From Octopus sinensis (lineage: Eukaryota), in contig NC_042997.1 of assembly GCF_006345805.1 (NCBI RefSeq), positions 89,590,001-89,654,000 on the forward strand: 64,000 bases of DNA. Reading direction: 5' to 3'. Shown one piece after another: positions 13,030-27,353 of the stretch (positions are counted from its first letter, which is position 1; the number at the start of each line of letters is the position of its first letter). Below the pieces are notes generated by a model that made no database searches, was not told the origin of the DNA, and was given only the letters and a program-made list of their open reading frames with translations. Both the position numbers and the translations under genes were made by a program.

Positions 13030-13380
13030 GTGCATGCATGGTTATGGAACCAAGAAGCTTGCTTTGCAATCATTTTGGTTTCAGGTCCAGTCCCACTGCA
13101 TGGTACCTTGCGCAAGTGTCTTCTACTCTAGCTCCAGGTCAACCAATGCCATGTGAGTGAATTTGACAGATGGAAATTGCATGGAAACCTGCCGTATATG
13201 TCTTCATGTTTGTCCTTGACCACTGCTTGACAGCCAGTGTTGGTTTGTTAATACCCCTCATAATTCAGCAGTTCAGCAACGGATACCAATAGAATATGTA
13301 GCAGAAGTACCAGATTTTAAAATATGTACTGGGATTGATTTGTTCAACTAAACTGTTCAAAGTAGTGCCCCAGCATGGCC
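13030..13380 (+). mobile_element. tRNA-head SINE
   Basis: Head motif ggtttcaggtccagtcccactg (B-box-like) recurs at ~5100, ~24845 and inverted at ~2580 and ~27590. Confidence 0.55.
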
Positions 13381-13381
13381 A

Positions 13382-13550
13382 TAGCATTCAAATTACTCTG
13401 TCAAATGTAATGCTTGTTGATTCACATTGTTTTGAGTAATCATGCACTTATCTTACAGCTTCAAGATTTTGATGATGTGATTACTTATTTTTGAGAACGA
13501 CATTGTAGGATAGGTTTGAGATATGGCCAGTTTAAATGCTAAAGGGTTAA
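13382..13550. mobile_element. TTAA-ended (piggyBac-type) MITE
   Basis: Right end aatgctaaaggg|ttaa, left end tagcattc. A related copy lies at ~18960-19135 in the opposite internal orientation. Confidence 0.5.
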
Positions 13551-14612
13551 GAAAGAGAAAAAAACACAACAAATCTGCTTTTTGTTGTTGTTGCTGTTTC
13601 TTTTTAAATTTACTTTTTTTCTTTTCTTACATATTCCCCCATTTGCTCTGTTGTCAATGCTGTTGATGGTTTTGATTTATTTCCCTCTTTACACTCTTTT
13701 TTTTCCCATCTGCTGTGATAGAAGCAGTCCAGCATGTGCTCAGTTCATAGAATAGACACAGACAAAATGCATTTTTCAACACCCTTATTAGATCTGCAAT
13801 AAAAATGTTAATTTTTTGAAAAAACAGTAAAGCTCCAGAAGACTAAGTGCTTTGTGGTCTTAGATTCCATATCACGTGAATGGACAAGTTGTTCCTAGCT
13901 GTTTATAGTTTCTAGCAATAGTTCAGTATCTAGAACAGGTAAACTTTTGTTGGGATATCCATCTAGAACAGGTACTTAATGGCCACCTTGATGCATTAGC
14001 TGAGAGAATTTACTATGTGCAGGATACTTTCCATAATAAATTTTCCTAAATTCAAGGCATTATCAGGTTTGATTATTTTTATCCTAAAGTTTTTATCATC
14101 AACATATCAAGAAAAGGGCAAACTTTCAGAATAGCTGTCCCACATAAGTTGGAATTTCTCCGTTTTTGCTAGGATTTTTCCAAATGTTTTTGTATCCCAA
14201 GTTTCAAAACAATTAGGGGACTCCTTTTCTTTTATCAAAAAAATCTATGTTTTTAAATGTTCCTCACCCTCTGCCAACCATCACATCTTTTCTTTGGAAT
14301 AGCAGTCACCACTAACATAACATATTTCTTTTCTTTTCTATCATTTTTATTTTTCATCATTTTATTCCAGGTATAAAATTCTTCATTAGGTACCACCTGT
14401 GTCACTTATCCCACTACACCATGAAACGGTAAGCTATATTTTCAAGAACATCAACTGTGATAGTCACACCCATCTTCTGAGTGTTTAGTTTATTATAAAA
14501 TTTAAATGTTACCCTTCAGTATCATTTTTATGCATGAACCAACAGCATGTGCCATCATAATTTCTATTTAGTTGTGGTCTGTTGAAGTTTGGGTGAGTTT
14601 GGTCTATCCTTT

Positions 14613-14627
14613 TGAGAGAGAGAGAGA

Positions 14628-14680
<53 letters not shown>
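14613..14680. repeat. (GA)n microsatellite just downstream of the exon-5 donor
   Basis: Direct inspection; reads (CT)n on the transcribed strand. Confidence 0.95.
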
Positions 14681-14682
<2 letters not shown>

Positions 14683-14689
14683 TACATAC

Positions 14690-14820
14690 CAATAATTTTT
14701 TGTGAAGTGTTTATCAATGTAACTAATGGTGTTATAGCTGAGTCCAAGATGAATCAATGGTGGAGGTTGATCACATAAACTTGTTAAATCACTGATCTTG
14801 TTGGCACTCAATTCCAGCCT
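14690..14820 (-). CDS. LRRC43: LRRC43-like coding exon 5 (RLELSANKISDLTSLCDQPPPLIHLGLSYNTISYIDKHFTKNY + TG)
   Basis: Acceptor ttcacag|, donor TG|GTATGT, 131 nt, two LRR units. Aligns to recalled [31 protein letters not shown]...NHW. I did not find the next exon in the window. Confidence 0.9.
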
Positions 14821-15024
14821 CTGTGAACACATAGAGTAGAAGCTGCTTATGAAATACATAAATAATTTATCTTAAATATAAGGTTTAAAATATATTCATA
14901 TTGCAAACAGCAACTAAACCCAACTCTGTATATCAGTACATCAGTATTTTTCAAAAGTATGAAAAGGATTATAATTCTTGAAGAAAAAAACTGATGAATT
15001 GAAACACTTGTAAGGTATTTAAAT

Positions 15025-15063
<39 letters not shown>

Positions 15064-16199
15064 AGTGTGTGTGGTTCAACTATGTTTGCCTCAATGCGAC
15101 CACAGTGGTGACTTCTTGCCAGGATCAGGTGCACAAACATTCTCTAGAAGTGTTGTATAGTGAAACTGTACACCCCTCCCACTAAGAAGTAGTAGTAGCC
15201 AGCCATTATAAATAGACCAGTAACTGGTTGACCGACTGAAAATCAGAAAGGTCGTGTGTAGAATGTGTTGATAGTCGTGTCTGTGCTGATATAGTAATTA
15301 TACTGTGATACTGAGTGGACATTATAACAATCCGACCTTTTGAGGATGACACAGTGTCGTCAAAAGACAGATACAAAAGTGGTAAAGACCACTTCACAAC
15401 AGTGGTAACAAGGAAAAACAAATTTATGTGGAGTGAAAAAAAATATTCACATGGAGAGTTTAAACTAATTCACGTAGAAAATTAAATACCTTGACAAAAA
15501 AGAAACAAAAATCTTGTGCAAACTTAAGAAAATCATAAAATATTTAAAGACTTGTTAGCTGGGATAGTTGAGTTGCAAAAATAGCAAGGAACAATGAGAA
15601 CAACAACAAGGATTGCAGCAGCAAATGTTACACCTAATGAAGTTGATAATCAATCTGGAGAATACATTTTCACCTGATCATGTAGTAAATTCCATAAGCA
15701 AATTCAAATATGACCCTGAAGAAGGAGTAAGCTTCAAGGCTTACTTCTGAAGATTTCAAATTTTTGAAAAAGAATGTCAGAATTGGATGAACGAAATGAA
15801 AATACTTCTAGTTTTAAGAAAACTAGTGACAGTAGAGCATGAGAAGTACTGTAACTTTATATTGCCAAAAAAAGTGTCTGACATAAATTTCACTGACACA
15901 GTTGACATTTTGTGCAAAATGCTTAGTGAAAAGAGCTCACTGTTTAATACTAGATGGAAATGTATAAACATAGAAAAGAACGAAGATGAAGACTTCACTA
16001 CTTACACAGGCAGACTCAACAAAGAATATGATGAAATTTTGGTAGTGATCCGGGAATTTTTATGGATTCTTGAAGGATTTTTCATTTGTTATATCTATTT
16101 TACACGAAGTATTGCAATGTTACATTCTTTGATTATCTCCCTTGAAAACACATTCATTGTTTCCATGTAATCTATGGTGGCGTTTCTGATTCCAAAGTT

Positions 16200-16760
16200 T
16201 ATTTTCGTTTCTCTATTAGTAATTTTACTCACGTATCTATCTTAAAATGAACTGACAGAGGTCTGAGAAGCCTTGACTATTGGGATTGACTCAAAAAGCT
16301 CAGGCTTTGCTCTCCCCACCGCCACTGTGAGCTCTATATCATCTGTATGATGTGGAAAATATTCCATCAGCATTGCCCATCTTTAAAATTCTTCCGCGGC
16401 TTGGCCCCTGTGCCATCCATCCACTACAGAAATGTTCGTGTCGTATCACAACACTATGACAGAACTATTTCACCTCAATTGGCCCTGCTCTCTTCAACAT
16501 CATGTCAAACACACATAAAGGAGGAAAGTGACTTCATGGCATTCAAACAATCCCTAGATGGTTACCCACAACAAATACCAGATAAACCACCCACACCCAG
16601 ATATGTCTCTGAAAACAATAACCCTCTGCTTGAATGGACTATGGTTACCCAGAGCTGACTGTGTATCTCTTCCAGGTGGTGCTATTAAATTAGACATGGC
16701 CTGAGTCAACTTCAGCCGAAACTTATCTAAGTAATCTAATCTATGCTGTACCTATTAATC
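16200..16760 (+). mobile_element. L2/CR1-group LINE 3' fragment nested in the LTR element
   Basis: ORF 16347..16658 ends FKQSLDGYPQQIPDKPPTPRY...NNPLLEW, a typical L2/CR1-type ORF2 C-terminus. Confidence 0.6.
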
Positions 16761-17039
16761 AAAGCATGACAATGTGGGTAGAAGCTGATCTCTTAATATT
16801 TCTGATGGTCTTAAATATAAAAAAAAAATTATTAAAGATTTATATGGAACTACATTCAGAGTGTCTATAAGCTATTGTGTTTAGACCTGGTTTCTATCCT
16901 CAAACTGTTCTGTTTTGTAGATGCAATTTTTTTTTTTATGAAGAACTCCGAAATTAGAAAAATATAAAATCTGCAACAATCTCGGTCCCATGAGTATCGG
17001 ATAATGGATTTTCAACGGTGATTGTGGTGAAAGCAGAGA

Positions 17040-17400
17040 CAGTGTTGATGATGGCAATGGTCAAGATAAGTATGGGAAGAGGATAAAATAGTATCGGTGG
17101 TTATAATGGCGACAGGAGCAGTGTGATGTGTGATGCTGAGGTGATGGTGGTAATAGTGGTGTTGATGATAGTGTTAGTTGTGTGATGGTGGTATTGTATT
17201 GGTTATACTGGTTGTGGTGGTGAAAGTGACTGTCAAAGTAACCATCATGATAACGTTGATGGTGGTATATGTGGTTGAAGTGGAAGCAATGACAATGCTG
17301 TTGATGATGTTGGTGGTTGTGGTGGTGGTGATAGAGGTAGGAAAGTTGTGGTGGTGATTGTGATATGGTGGTAGTGGTGGTGGTGGTGGTCATTACCATT
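17040..17400. repeat. Degenerate (GGT/GAT)n low-complexity tract
   Basis: Direct inspection. Confidence 0.85.
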
Positions 17401-18737
17401 TGGCGGAGGTCTGCATTCTCTGAGTGCTTTTCCAGTTACTTAATAGTAGTGGATAGCAACACAAAATGGCTTGAGGCTGTGAGGGGTAAATGACCAACCT
17501 CATATACAGTAATAAACTTCTTATACAAGCTGTTTGCAAGATTTGGTGTACTGGATACAATTATCTTTGATGACAGAACCCAGTTTGTATCTTGTGAGTT
17601 TAAAAGATTCTGCAAGATGTTCATGTTAGAACATAAAAATTATAGCATCATATCACCCTAGATCAAATAGAAGGGCCAAACAGTTCATGGACACTTTTGA
17701 GAGAGCTTTAAAGAAAGCTAATAAGGAAGCCACAAACAAGGCCATGATCCAACAATTCTTGAGGGTATACAGGGTAACTCTGAACCCAAATGTGCCAGAA
17801 GGAAGTTCACCAGCAGAATTAATGTTTGCCAGAAAGGTGAAGTCAGTAATCGATAAAATGTTACTAGTAGAGTCAGTGATAAGTTATAAGTAAGAATGTA
17901 CAAAAAGGGCAAGCAATACTGGGAAGAAGGAGAAATTGTAACATACATAGGAAGAATGATTTATGGTGTAAGAAGCAGAAATGGAATGGAAAGGGGACAT
18001 AGAAATCCACTTAAGGAAAGAGTCATAGAAAAGGAATCAACAAGAGTAGAAATACCAATGGATTGGCTATATGACACTTTTCAGGTTCCAACACCATTAC
18101 AAGAAATTGAAAAGAAACATACAAGGAAAAGGAAGAACACTGAATTCTTAAACGTAGACTCTAAAAAGAAAAGATATTGAATATATATATATACATATAT
18201 ATATATATAAAGAAAGTAGGGTGAATAAAAGAAATTGATTGTTAATAAAAAAATTAAAAGGGGAGATGTATAGTGAAACTTTACACCCCTCCTAGTAAAA
18301 AGTGGTAGTAGCCAGCCATTATAAATACCCCAGTGGCCAGTCGATAGACAGAAGGCCAGAAAGGTCAAGAGTACGTGTAGACTGTGTTGATAGTTGTGTC
18401 TGTGCTGATATAGTAATTATACTGTGATACTGAGTGGACATTACAACGATTCAACCTTTTGAGGATAATAACACTGTATGACTGGGGGTTGTACAGTGCC
18501 ACATAGAACCATTCTATCGATGACTTTGGAATATAACAATATCTGACAGAGCAACAACCATCATCAAAAGACAGATACAAAAGTGGTAAAGACCACTTTA
18601 TAACAAGAACAATACTCTGCAAAACCAAATATATGGCACCCTAGTCATAACACCAGCTTGAACTTCTAACTTGTCTCTTGAGGTCTCTGGGTGAGACTTG
18701 GAGTCAACTTGTACAAATACCAAGCAAAAGCCAGACA

Positions 18738-18855
<118 letters not shown>

Positions 18856-20049
18856 GAAACAAAAGATACAGAAGAAGGCAACAAAGAAATTTATTGGGAT
18901 CCAAACAGAATAAACAAAAAAAAAAGTTGTCAGACCTTTAAACATTTAAAAAGGTTGTATCTGGCCTAAATATTCAGCTTGTTATATGTTCAAACCCTAC
19001 AATGTCATTCTAAAAATGAGCAATCACACCATTGATATCTCCAAGCTATGAGATAATGCATAATTATTTCAAAACAATGCGAACAGAATAGCATTACGTT
19101 TGACAGAAGAATCTGAATGCTAAAGGATTAAGGTTATTAACTGAAAGAATTACATGAATCAGGATTTTGGTGCTGAACCAAAGGTGGTCATTCAATATGT
19201 TAGAAATTGCAGTAACAAAATATCTTCCATATAAAGAATGATATGCTGTATCTAGAAGGTACTCCTGGATACAGGATACCTGACACAAAGACTGTATGAC
19301 TACGGTTTCAATATCTTTGATCACAGGATCACACAGTTATGGTTGACCTGAGGTTAAACAAGAACAAGAACAATAACAACAACAACAACAACAGCAGCAA
19401 ATCCAAAGAAGATAAATCTAAATGCTGTTGAACACTGCAAATATTACAGAAAATGAGATTTCCAGGAAACTGGTTAAAATTTTTAAAAAATTTAAGCACA
19501 AGACTGAGAGAAGTAGAAACAGAGGATGAAATCAGCTATGAAGATAAAAAAAAAGCAAGCAAAAGAAGAGATAGGCAGGGAAGAGAGGAAAAGTAGGAAG
19601 GTAGTCTACTTTTGGTATAAATACATGTTTTCAATAATGAAAACAGCTAGATTTTTTTTTGTTGTATTACTTTTACATAAAAAAATGAAAATGTTTTTAA
19701 AAAAGTATTTGTAAAAAATGTGCTCACAGACAACTACAGTGTGTAATAAGTAGTCAAAAACCACAGTTAGCCAGTTAGCTCTTTACACCTTTAATAGTAA
19801 TATAAAAAGAAAAAAAGACTATCAGTGAAAATAATTAATTGAAATTTATCTGAAGTCAAGATAATAGTTTTATTAAATATTATAAAAGTCAGTTGGATAC
19901 AAGGCAAGAGCTACTAACTTTTTGGAAAACAGGAGCAATAACATGAATTCATGAAATGAAATGGATACAATTATAGTAAACAACTATGTCATTCACTTTG
20001 TTTTCTTTTTTTCAGTGATTACTCCCAGTACAGTTTCTATAGAGTCATA

Positions 20050-20800
20050 TCTAACAAAGATCTGTTATTCTAGGTTCATGCAAGAATATTCTCTTGCTCT
20101 TGGTTCAACAGAATCTTGGCTTATGTTTGGCAAGAGAAGAGGATATTCTATCTAAGTAACCTGTTTAACACTCATTTATTTAGAGTTGTGTATGAATGAA
20201 GTTGACACTGAAAAAGTAGATCTGTTTTTGCACATTGAGGTGAAATGGTTGTCTCAAGGAAAGTTTTAGATCAAGTTTTTGAACTGAAATCAGAAATAGT
20301 AAACTTCCTTGCTGCAAAAGCACATTCTAAAAACACTGCCTTTCATGACATGTTCATCACATACCTAGTTTGTCTATTTGTCACCATCTGAATTGGGAGA
20401 TGAATTAGTTGAAGTGTTCTCCACAATAAAAAACAAAACAAAAATGCAAATAAAAGCAACAAAAAACAAATCTATGAGAAAATGAATGTTTTCTTCAACG
20501 AACAAAATCTTGGCACAAATGAGTCAACTATGTTGCTATGTTTACCATACAATTCCAACAGTACTAAGGCTGAGTGCCTGGAGAACAAACCTTGTGAGTA
20601 TCTGCTCACACTCAGGATGTCTTTGACCAAATATTTTACTAAAAACAAGGTTCTACAAAGGAACATTGCATGGATAAAAGCCACTTCTTGTCACCAAAGA
20701 TGTTATTTGGAGCCAAAAGATGAATTTCTGATATTGATAAATTATTCCACGATCCATAGCTCGTTTGATACTGTCATTAGTATTGCATCTTTCTGACTTA
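20050..20800 (+). mobile_element. Decayed hAT (Charlie/Buster-like) transposase fragment
   Basis: Translation near 20220-20310 gives LFLHIEVKWLSQGKVLDQVFELKSEIVNFL, cf. the family motif LLHTEVRWLSRGKVL.RVFELR.EI. Confidence 0.75.
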
Positions 20801-20848
20801 CGCTAGGAACAATGAGATATCCAATCCCAATATTCTAGGCTATCCATA

Positions 20849-21705
20849 TATGAGGTGCATTCCAAAAGTTTCGAGACTGTTTTCAAGAAAGACAGTCATA
20901 ACTGTCTTAGATTACTGTAATTTTAGTATATCATTATTATACATCTAATATGATGATCTTGTAATTTTTGCTATTCCAAATTGAAGGAGATGGCTGTAAC
21001 AGTACTTTAAACATGCCATGCTAAACACTGCTTGTCACAGCTGACTACTTTGCAGAATGCAGTTGGGATGTAAGGATAATTTGGAAGCTTGCTATGCAAT
21101 AAAGCTTTGTGTTAAACTGGGTGAAAATGCAACAGAAATTTATGAAATGCTCCAGACCGCTTATAGATTACTTTGTATGAGCTGAACATCTGTTTTTAAC
21201 TGGTGCAAGAGGCAAAGCAAGACCACTAGGAAGCACATAATGATCTCCTTTTTCAACAACAAGGGTACCATTTATATTTACTGGGTTCCACCTGGTCAGA
21301 CGGCCAAAAAAGAGTGTCTTGGGGAGGTTTACAAGGGGTTCAGGAAGAGATTTCATCGCAAAAGGCCAGAGCACCTGCACCAATCCACAATTCCATCCTG
21401 GTGACCAACTACTTGACAGAAATGGGCATCAAAACTGTTCCTCACCTTCCCTGCAGTCCAGACCTTGCTCCCTGAGACTTTTGGTTGTTCCTCAAGCAGA
21501 TGGAGAAGATGAAGGAGGCTGAGACAAGGATCCCGGAAACCTTCACTTGAGAGACTTTCATAGAACTTTCACAAAATGGCTTAAGCACTACAATAAGTGC
21601 ACTGAAGTCAGAGGATCCTACTTTGAAAGAGAATAGGGTCTTGTACTCCTTTGAAATAAATAAAAGTCTCTCCTGAAAAAATCTCAAACCACTGGAATAC
21701 ACCTT
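20849..21705 (+). mobile_element. Internally deleted mariner element with both TIRs
   Basis: TIRs tgaggtgcattccaaaagtttcgagac / atctcaaaccactggaatacacct. N-terminal YAIKLCVKLGENATEIYEML and catalytic-region TVPHLPCSPDLAP*DFWLF (YSPDLAP.D motif). Confidence 0.85.
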
Positions 21706-22822
21706 CCACTTCTTCCATTTCTCCTGAGCAATGTGTATGATCATGGGTTCTTGATAATGTACTATATTATTAAGTCAAAGACTAAAAACCAGCATGTTCC
21801 AAGTCAAAGATGATACCACACATCTAAAATTAAAATCTGGAAAAGCAACTTCATCCACCTAACCAAATCTATCACATCATTGTACAGTAAGTAGTAAATT
21901 TTATTAACATAGTAAACTACTGCTTTGTATAATGTACAATTTCATGTTGGGGATAATTTGAACTTGTAGGTTTTAAATATGGGCTAAAACAGGAAAAAAG
22001 ATGAGAAACACTACTTTAGTTACAATTGAAAACAATGACCTACTCTTCTCTAACATGCCCAGACTCAAGACACTTGTACAAAGACTTTTTTCTGTTATGT
22101 TTTCTATGCCTTAAAGCATCAGTCTCTTATGGTATATCAGCATATCTTTTGTTTTTATTTCTGATCTAGTTAACTTTCTAGTTAGCCAATAGCTATATGG
22201 TACATAGTGTCAAAATAGTCAATCCCTAAACAGACTAGTTGCATCTCATCTACCCTCCCCTGATTGACAGGAGAAAGAATTTGCAAGGTTGTTCAACAAG
22301 CTAATAATAACAGCCATATTTCCATCAAATTAGATACTGTCATCTGCAAAAGTGATAGTCACATTGGAGGCAAATATGTTTATTTACTTACATGTATTGA
22401 GAACGATAATAAAATGAAATTTAATTTGCTGCGGAAAGCGGTTTTATATACCAAGCTATCTTTTGTTGTGGAATGCCATGTTTGAAATTATTTTCTGTTG
22501 TGATATGTCAAGTTTACTGAGGTAATGAGACTTGCAGAAAATACCAATTCTGCTTTTGATACATATTTAACACAATTATTGGGATAACCATGAAATTTAA
22601 TTTCACAGTTAAAGAGGTAATAGTACAACAAATTGAAATTTTAACCAACTTTTCAGAAATTATCATGCAACAATATCAAGCGGTTAGAGGATTTGTATAT
22701 TCTATTTAATTTGATAATTCTTTTATTTCTGTTTTTAATTACATTTTGTGTACAAAAAGATACTTTTGGGTGTACTTATTTTCTAACCCTTGTCAGCTTG
22801 GAAAAAAGGATGTTACATCAAC

Positions 22823-23165
<343 letters not shown>

Positions 23166-23169
23166 ACAG

Positions 23170-23350
23170 CAATGACAATGATGGCAATGTAAACTTGTCT
23201 GTGGGGAAAAAGACAGGAGACAGCAAGTATACTCCAATATGAGTGAACAACTGACCTTGCAATGTGTTAATGATCTTTGCATATGCTAAAATAACAGGAA
23301 ATTGATGTCTGTTTAAAGTAAAGGGAAGATTCATATTACTAGGTGTCAAA
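23170..23350 (-). mobile_element. Helitron Pif1-helicase C-terminal fragment
   Basis: PSNMNLPFTLNRHQFPVILAYAKIINTLQGQLFTHIGVYLLSPVF resembles the motif LPF.L.RRQFPVRLAFAMTINKSQGQT...VG.YL..PVF. Confidence 0.75.
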
Positions 23351-26164
23351 TTTAACCTTGGGACAAGTGTCTCCCTTCGTTATCTTATGATTACTCGGTA
23401 TTTGTCCCACTATGATAAAGATAATGAATAGATCTTATCAAAACTGATGTTATTATGAAGCAGTCCTTGTCTTGTTCCAAAATGGCACAATAGTCATATC
23501 AACTTTTAGTTTCAAGGCAGGTGGCAGTAATCTCAATAGAGAATCAATTTCTTTAGGAACTAAACCATAAAATTAATAAATATTTCTTCATATATGTCAC
23601 CAAAGCTACCAACCTTTTTGTATGCTGCGATATTTCCAGGCAGCAATGCAAGAATATCGTTATTTAGTTTCAAAGTATCTACATTTCTAGGAGTTAAAAA
23701 TTATCTTTGATGATAAACTTTCAACAGATTCTTCATTTGAAAAGTCAATTGAATCTCCAAATATATCTCTAATAATACCCCTTGACCTGATATTAAGTTC
23801 AGGTGGTATTTCTATTTGATCTGCTTGCATTCACATTCATTTATCAGAGCACTGCTTCCAATATCAAATAGCCCTCTATTAATTTCTTCTTTCTTTGTGA
23901 TCCTCATATTTTTTAAGAACCTTAAAAATTTTACATAAGGCCAAAACTGAGATGATTCAAATAATTTAAAACAATTCACAATAATAGTGGTGTTAAAACT
24001 TCTTGGAATTATCAAAATAGTTTGGTGAAAACTTTCTCATGATAGAAGAATTTTACCACCAAGAGGTCTATTTTAATTTATGATTTACTTTAAGTGTATA
24101 TCAATGATTCACAGAATGTTAGCAGATAACATTAAAGCTTTCATTTTCCATTCTTTGTTTGACTTTGAAATTTCTAAGCTTTACTGATGATTGTTGCTTG
24201 TGTTCATACAGCATCTGCTCATTCTTGTAAGGCACTGGAATATTTTTGTCTCTTTCTCTTCCTATTTTTCATTGCTCTTGAGATAAATTTAATTGCTAAC
24301 TTTTTTGTCATTCCACTGCTAACACACACACACAGCTTGAGATATTCAGAAAGTAATTACATGTTTTCAAACAGGAAGAGAAAATCAAATGCTGGTGAAG
24401 TTTAATTAAATACCATTTATCAATAATGTAATTACCATCATTATCAAATACTGCAGCCCAATAGAAAGGAAAAATTTTGCTTTCACATTTACAAAATTTT
24501 GCCATACCATTTTCCATGACTTCTTCATACCTGGATGTTTTTGCCAGTTATGAAATGCTGTAGTCATTGAAACAAGTGAATGTGAAAGAACTCTCCATCT
24601 TAACTATCTTTTTCTGAGTTTGTTTTGCAGAATGAGCCCTTGAATTGTCTTGTTTGGGAAAAATACTTTTCCTATTTAACAAAGCTGGCCATTTATTGTG
24701 AAAAATATCATTTACACAATTAAATAGTTGTCAATAAATGTCTACAGTAATGGTCCTTCCTTATTTCAGTACCTTATAACACAGAACACAGTTCATGATC
24801 TACCCAATACATAATAAAGATTCAAGCTTGCTTCCTAGCTACATGGTTTCAGGTTCAGTCCCACTGCATGGCACTTTGGGCAGGTTTCTTCTACTATAGC
24901 CCCGAGCTGACCGAAGCTTTGTGATTGAATTCGGTAGGCGGAAGTTGTTGCCGTGTGTGTATGTGTGCGTGTAGGTGCTCAGTGCCTCTCCGAAAGAGAG
25001 AGAGAGAAGTCCTGGGTTTGGTTCTTCATTTGCTGATAACACTTTTTTGGTTGACATGTCATATACAACAATAAGAGATTGTTGTGCAGGAACTGAGAGA
25101 TTGTTATTCCTAGTCAAGAGACTGCTACAGAAGGTAGGGAAACAAAATTCTTACCATAGAGCCCCACCATGTTACATGTAGCCTTCTACATAAATGCTTT
25201 TATAATCACACACATATATGCATAAAAAAATAAATAGACCACTAGTTGTTTAATTAATTGAACTACCTGGTTATTGAATTAAGGAGTATGTGGCTAAGTA
25301 TTCCACAAACATGCATACACTTAATATAATTCTAAAGTGGAATCAGTATAATACAGTGTGTGACAAGGCCAAACCTGCTAAATTACAGGTACAATCCAGC
25401 CAATGGGCTTCTGTATCTCCATTTTCATTTACAAGGCTTCTGTCAACCTAGTGTTATTGTAAATAACACTAGCCCAAGGTGCAATGCACATATAGACACA
25501 TGCACATGCACATACACTAATAGGATCAAACTGTTGCAGAAATCTATGCAACAAACACTAGCTAAACGTTTACATCCAGTATGACCTCACCTATGTTGGT
25601 GCCATGAAAAAGCACTCAGTCCACTCTGCAGAGTGGTAGGTATTAGGACGGGCATCCAGCCATAAAACCCCTGCCAAAAACAGACACTGTAGGCTGGAGT
25701 AGTCTTCTACCTGGCTGGCTCTTGTCAAACCATCCAACCCATCCCTGCATGGAAGACAGATGTTAACTGATGATGGTGATGATGATATGACATTCACCTA
25801 AGGAAGCTTAGTAGCAATTGACTATATTTTTTGTAACATGGAATTATTTTGGCACTTCTTTGATAATACCACTTCCTAGAAACAACAAGAACTAAAAATG
25901 CCAGCATAATCTAAATATTGGTTTCAAATTTTGGCACAAGGCCAGTAATTTCGTGGCAGGAGTTAAGCTGATTAAATCAACCCCAGTGTTTAACTGGTAA
26001 TTATTTTATCAACTCGCAAAGAATGAAAAGCAAAGGCAAACCCTGATGGAATTTAAACTCATGACAAAAGGACTGATGAAACACCACAAAGCATTTCACC
26101 CAATGTGCTAATGCTTCTGCCAGTTTGCCACCTCATCCTCATCATCATTGCCGCTGCAGCCGCC

Positions 26165-27200
26165 GCCAACCCGAGGAAAATGCAGGAGGAGAGAGAGAGT
26201 TGGGGACAGCAAGACAGAGATGGTGGCAAAATGCAGGACATACTCACAAGGGACGGGAATCAGAACATAAATGGAATGGTTGAGTAAAGGAAAAGAGAGA
26301 TATAGATGGGGGCAAGTGCCAAGGCACACACTTGATGTTCAAACACCAAAATATAAGTGGCAGGATATTGCAAAGGAATTGTGATTAAAGTGTGCAGAGG
26401 GGGTGAGTGAGTGGTGAAAAGCTGGGTATATATAGATTCAGTGGGGCTACAAAATAGCAATGATACAGAGGAACAGGGCTGTGAGAACAGGATTGGGGAG
26501 TGAGAGCAAGGCATAGTATATGAAGGGGGAAATGTGAAGAAGAGATGTGAAGATGTAGATTGGTTTGTTGGGGTAATACAGTGAGACAGGGTGTGTGGGT
26601 GGAACACACAGGTTTGAAGCTAGTGGAGAGCAATGATACAGTGGCAAAGGGCCAAAGGGACAGGATTGGGGAGTTGGAGGTAAGCATAGTGCATGAAGTG
26701 GAAATGTGAGGAAGAGAAGAGATGTAGAGATGTAGTTTGGTTTGCTCTGGAAGAATGTGTGAGAAGTTTTCTTGTTAAGAGTAGGTGGGACACACAGTGC
26801 TTCTATAACTCAGTTTCACTGACGTGGGTGGGTCTTCTCTAGAACTTCATATTGGTCCATTGTCATTTCTTCCATGAGGCCAACATCCTCAGATCGGTCC
26901 TCACCACTTTATCCCACTTCTTTCTGGGTCTCCCTCTTCTGCGGGTATCATCCACTTTCAGTGATCGGCACTTTTTTATGCAGCTGTGCTCATTCATACA
27001 CATCACATGTCCAAACCAACATAGTCTTCTTTCATGCATGCAACATTTGATTCCTTTTATGCCCCAATTTTCTCTCAATACATTTGCACTTTGCTGTACA
27101 TGTGCACTGATGTTGCACATCCAAAAGAGCATACTATCTCCATTTCTCTCCAGTCTATGCACGTCTTCTGCAATCAGAGCCCATGTCTCACTAGCATAAT
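26165..27200 (-). mobile_element. RTE LINE 3' fragment, inverted relative to the 1-1830 copy
   Basis: ORF 26863..27162 (ERRLCWFGHV...RGRPRKKWDKVVRTDLRML) and a 3'UTR homologous to ~790-1825. Confidence 0.85.
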
Positions 27201-27353
27201 CTAAATATTAACGTTTCAAAAAACTTTTGGATGCTTTTTTCTGTTCATTTTCACTTTTTCTCAACCACATTGGAACCCACTGATTTCTCAGACTTCACCA
27301 CAAACACTGACAATGATAAATTCAAACTGAAAAATTGAGAATTTAAAAAATAC

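Larger units (their letters stand above)
15154..18605 (+). mobile_element. Internally deleted Gypsy-type LTR retrotransposon with both LTRs
   Basis: 5' LTR 15154-15401 and 3' LTR 18267-18605 (TGTATAGTGAAAC...CA). PBS-like TGG follows the 5' LTR and PPT aaaaggggaga precedes the 3' LTR. gag-like piece 15590-16030; integrase C-terminus 17687..17893 (DTFERALKK...FLRVYR.T.N...SPAELMF). Confidence 0.88.

Noticed and set aside
14985-15020. CTGATGA-att-GAAAC hammerhead-like string
   Set aside because: Only 3 nt between the cores (no stem II possible), and stem I is just A/T runs.
22264-22620. 73-aa ORF with weak Pif1-like words (IGGKYV, EVMRL)
   Set aside because: Similarity is too weak to call, and no consistent splice pair was found.
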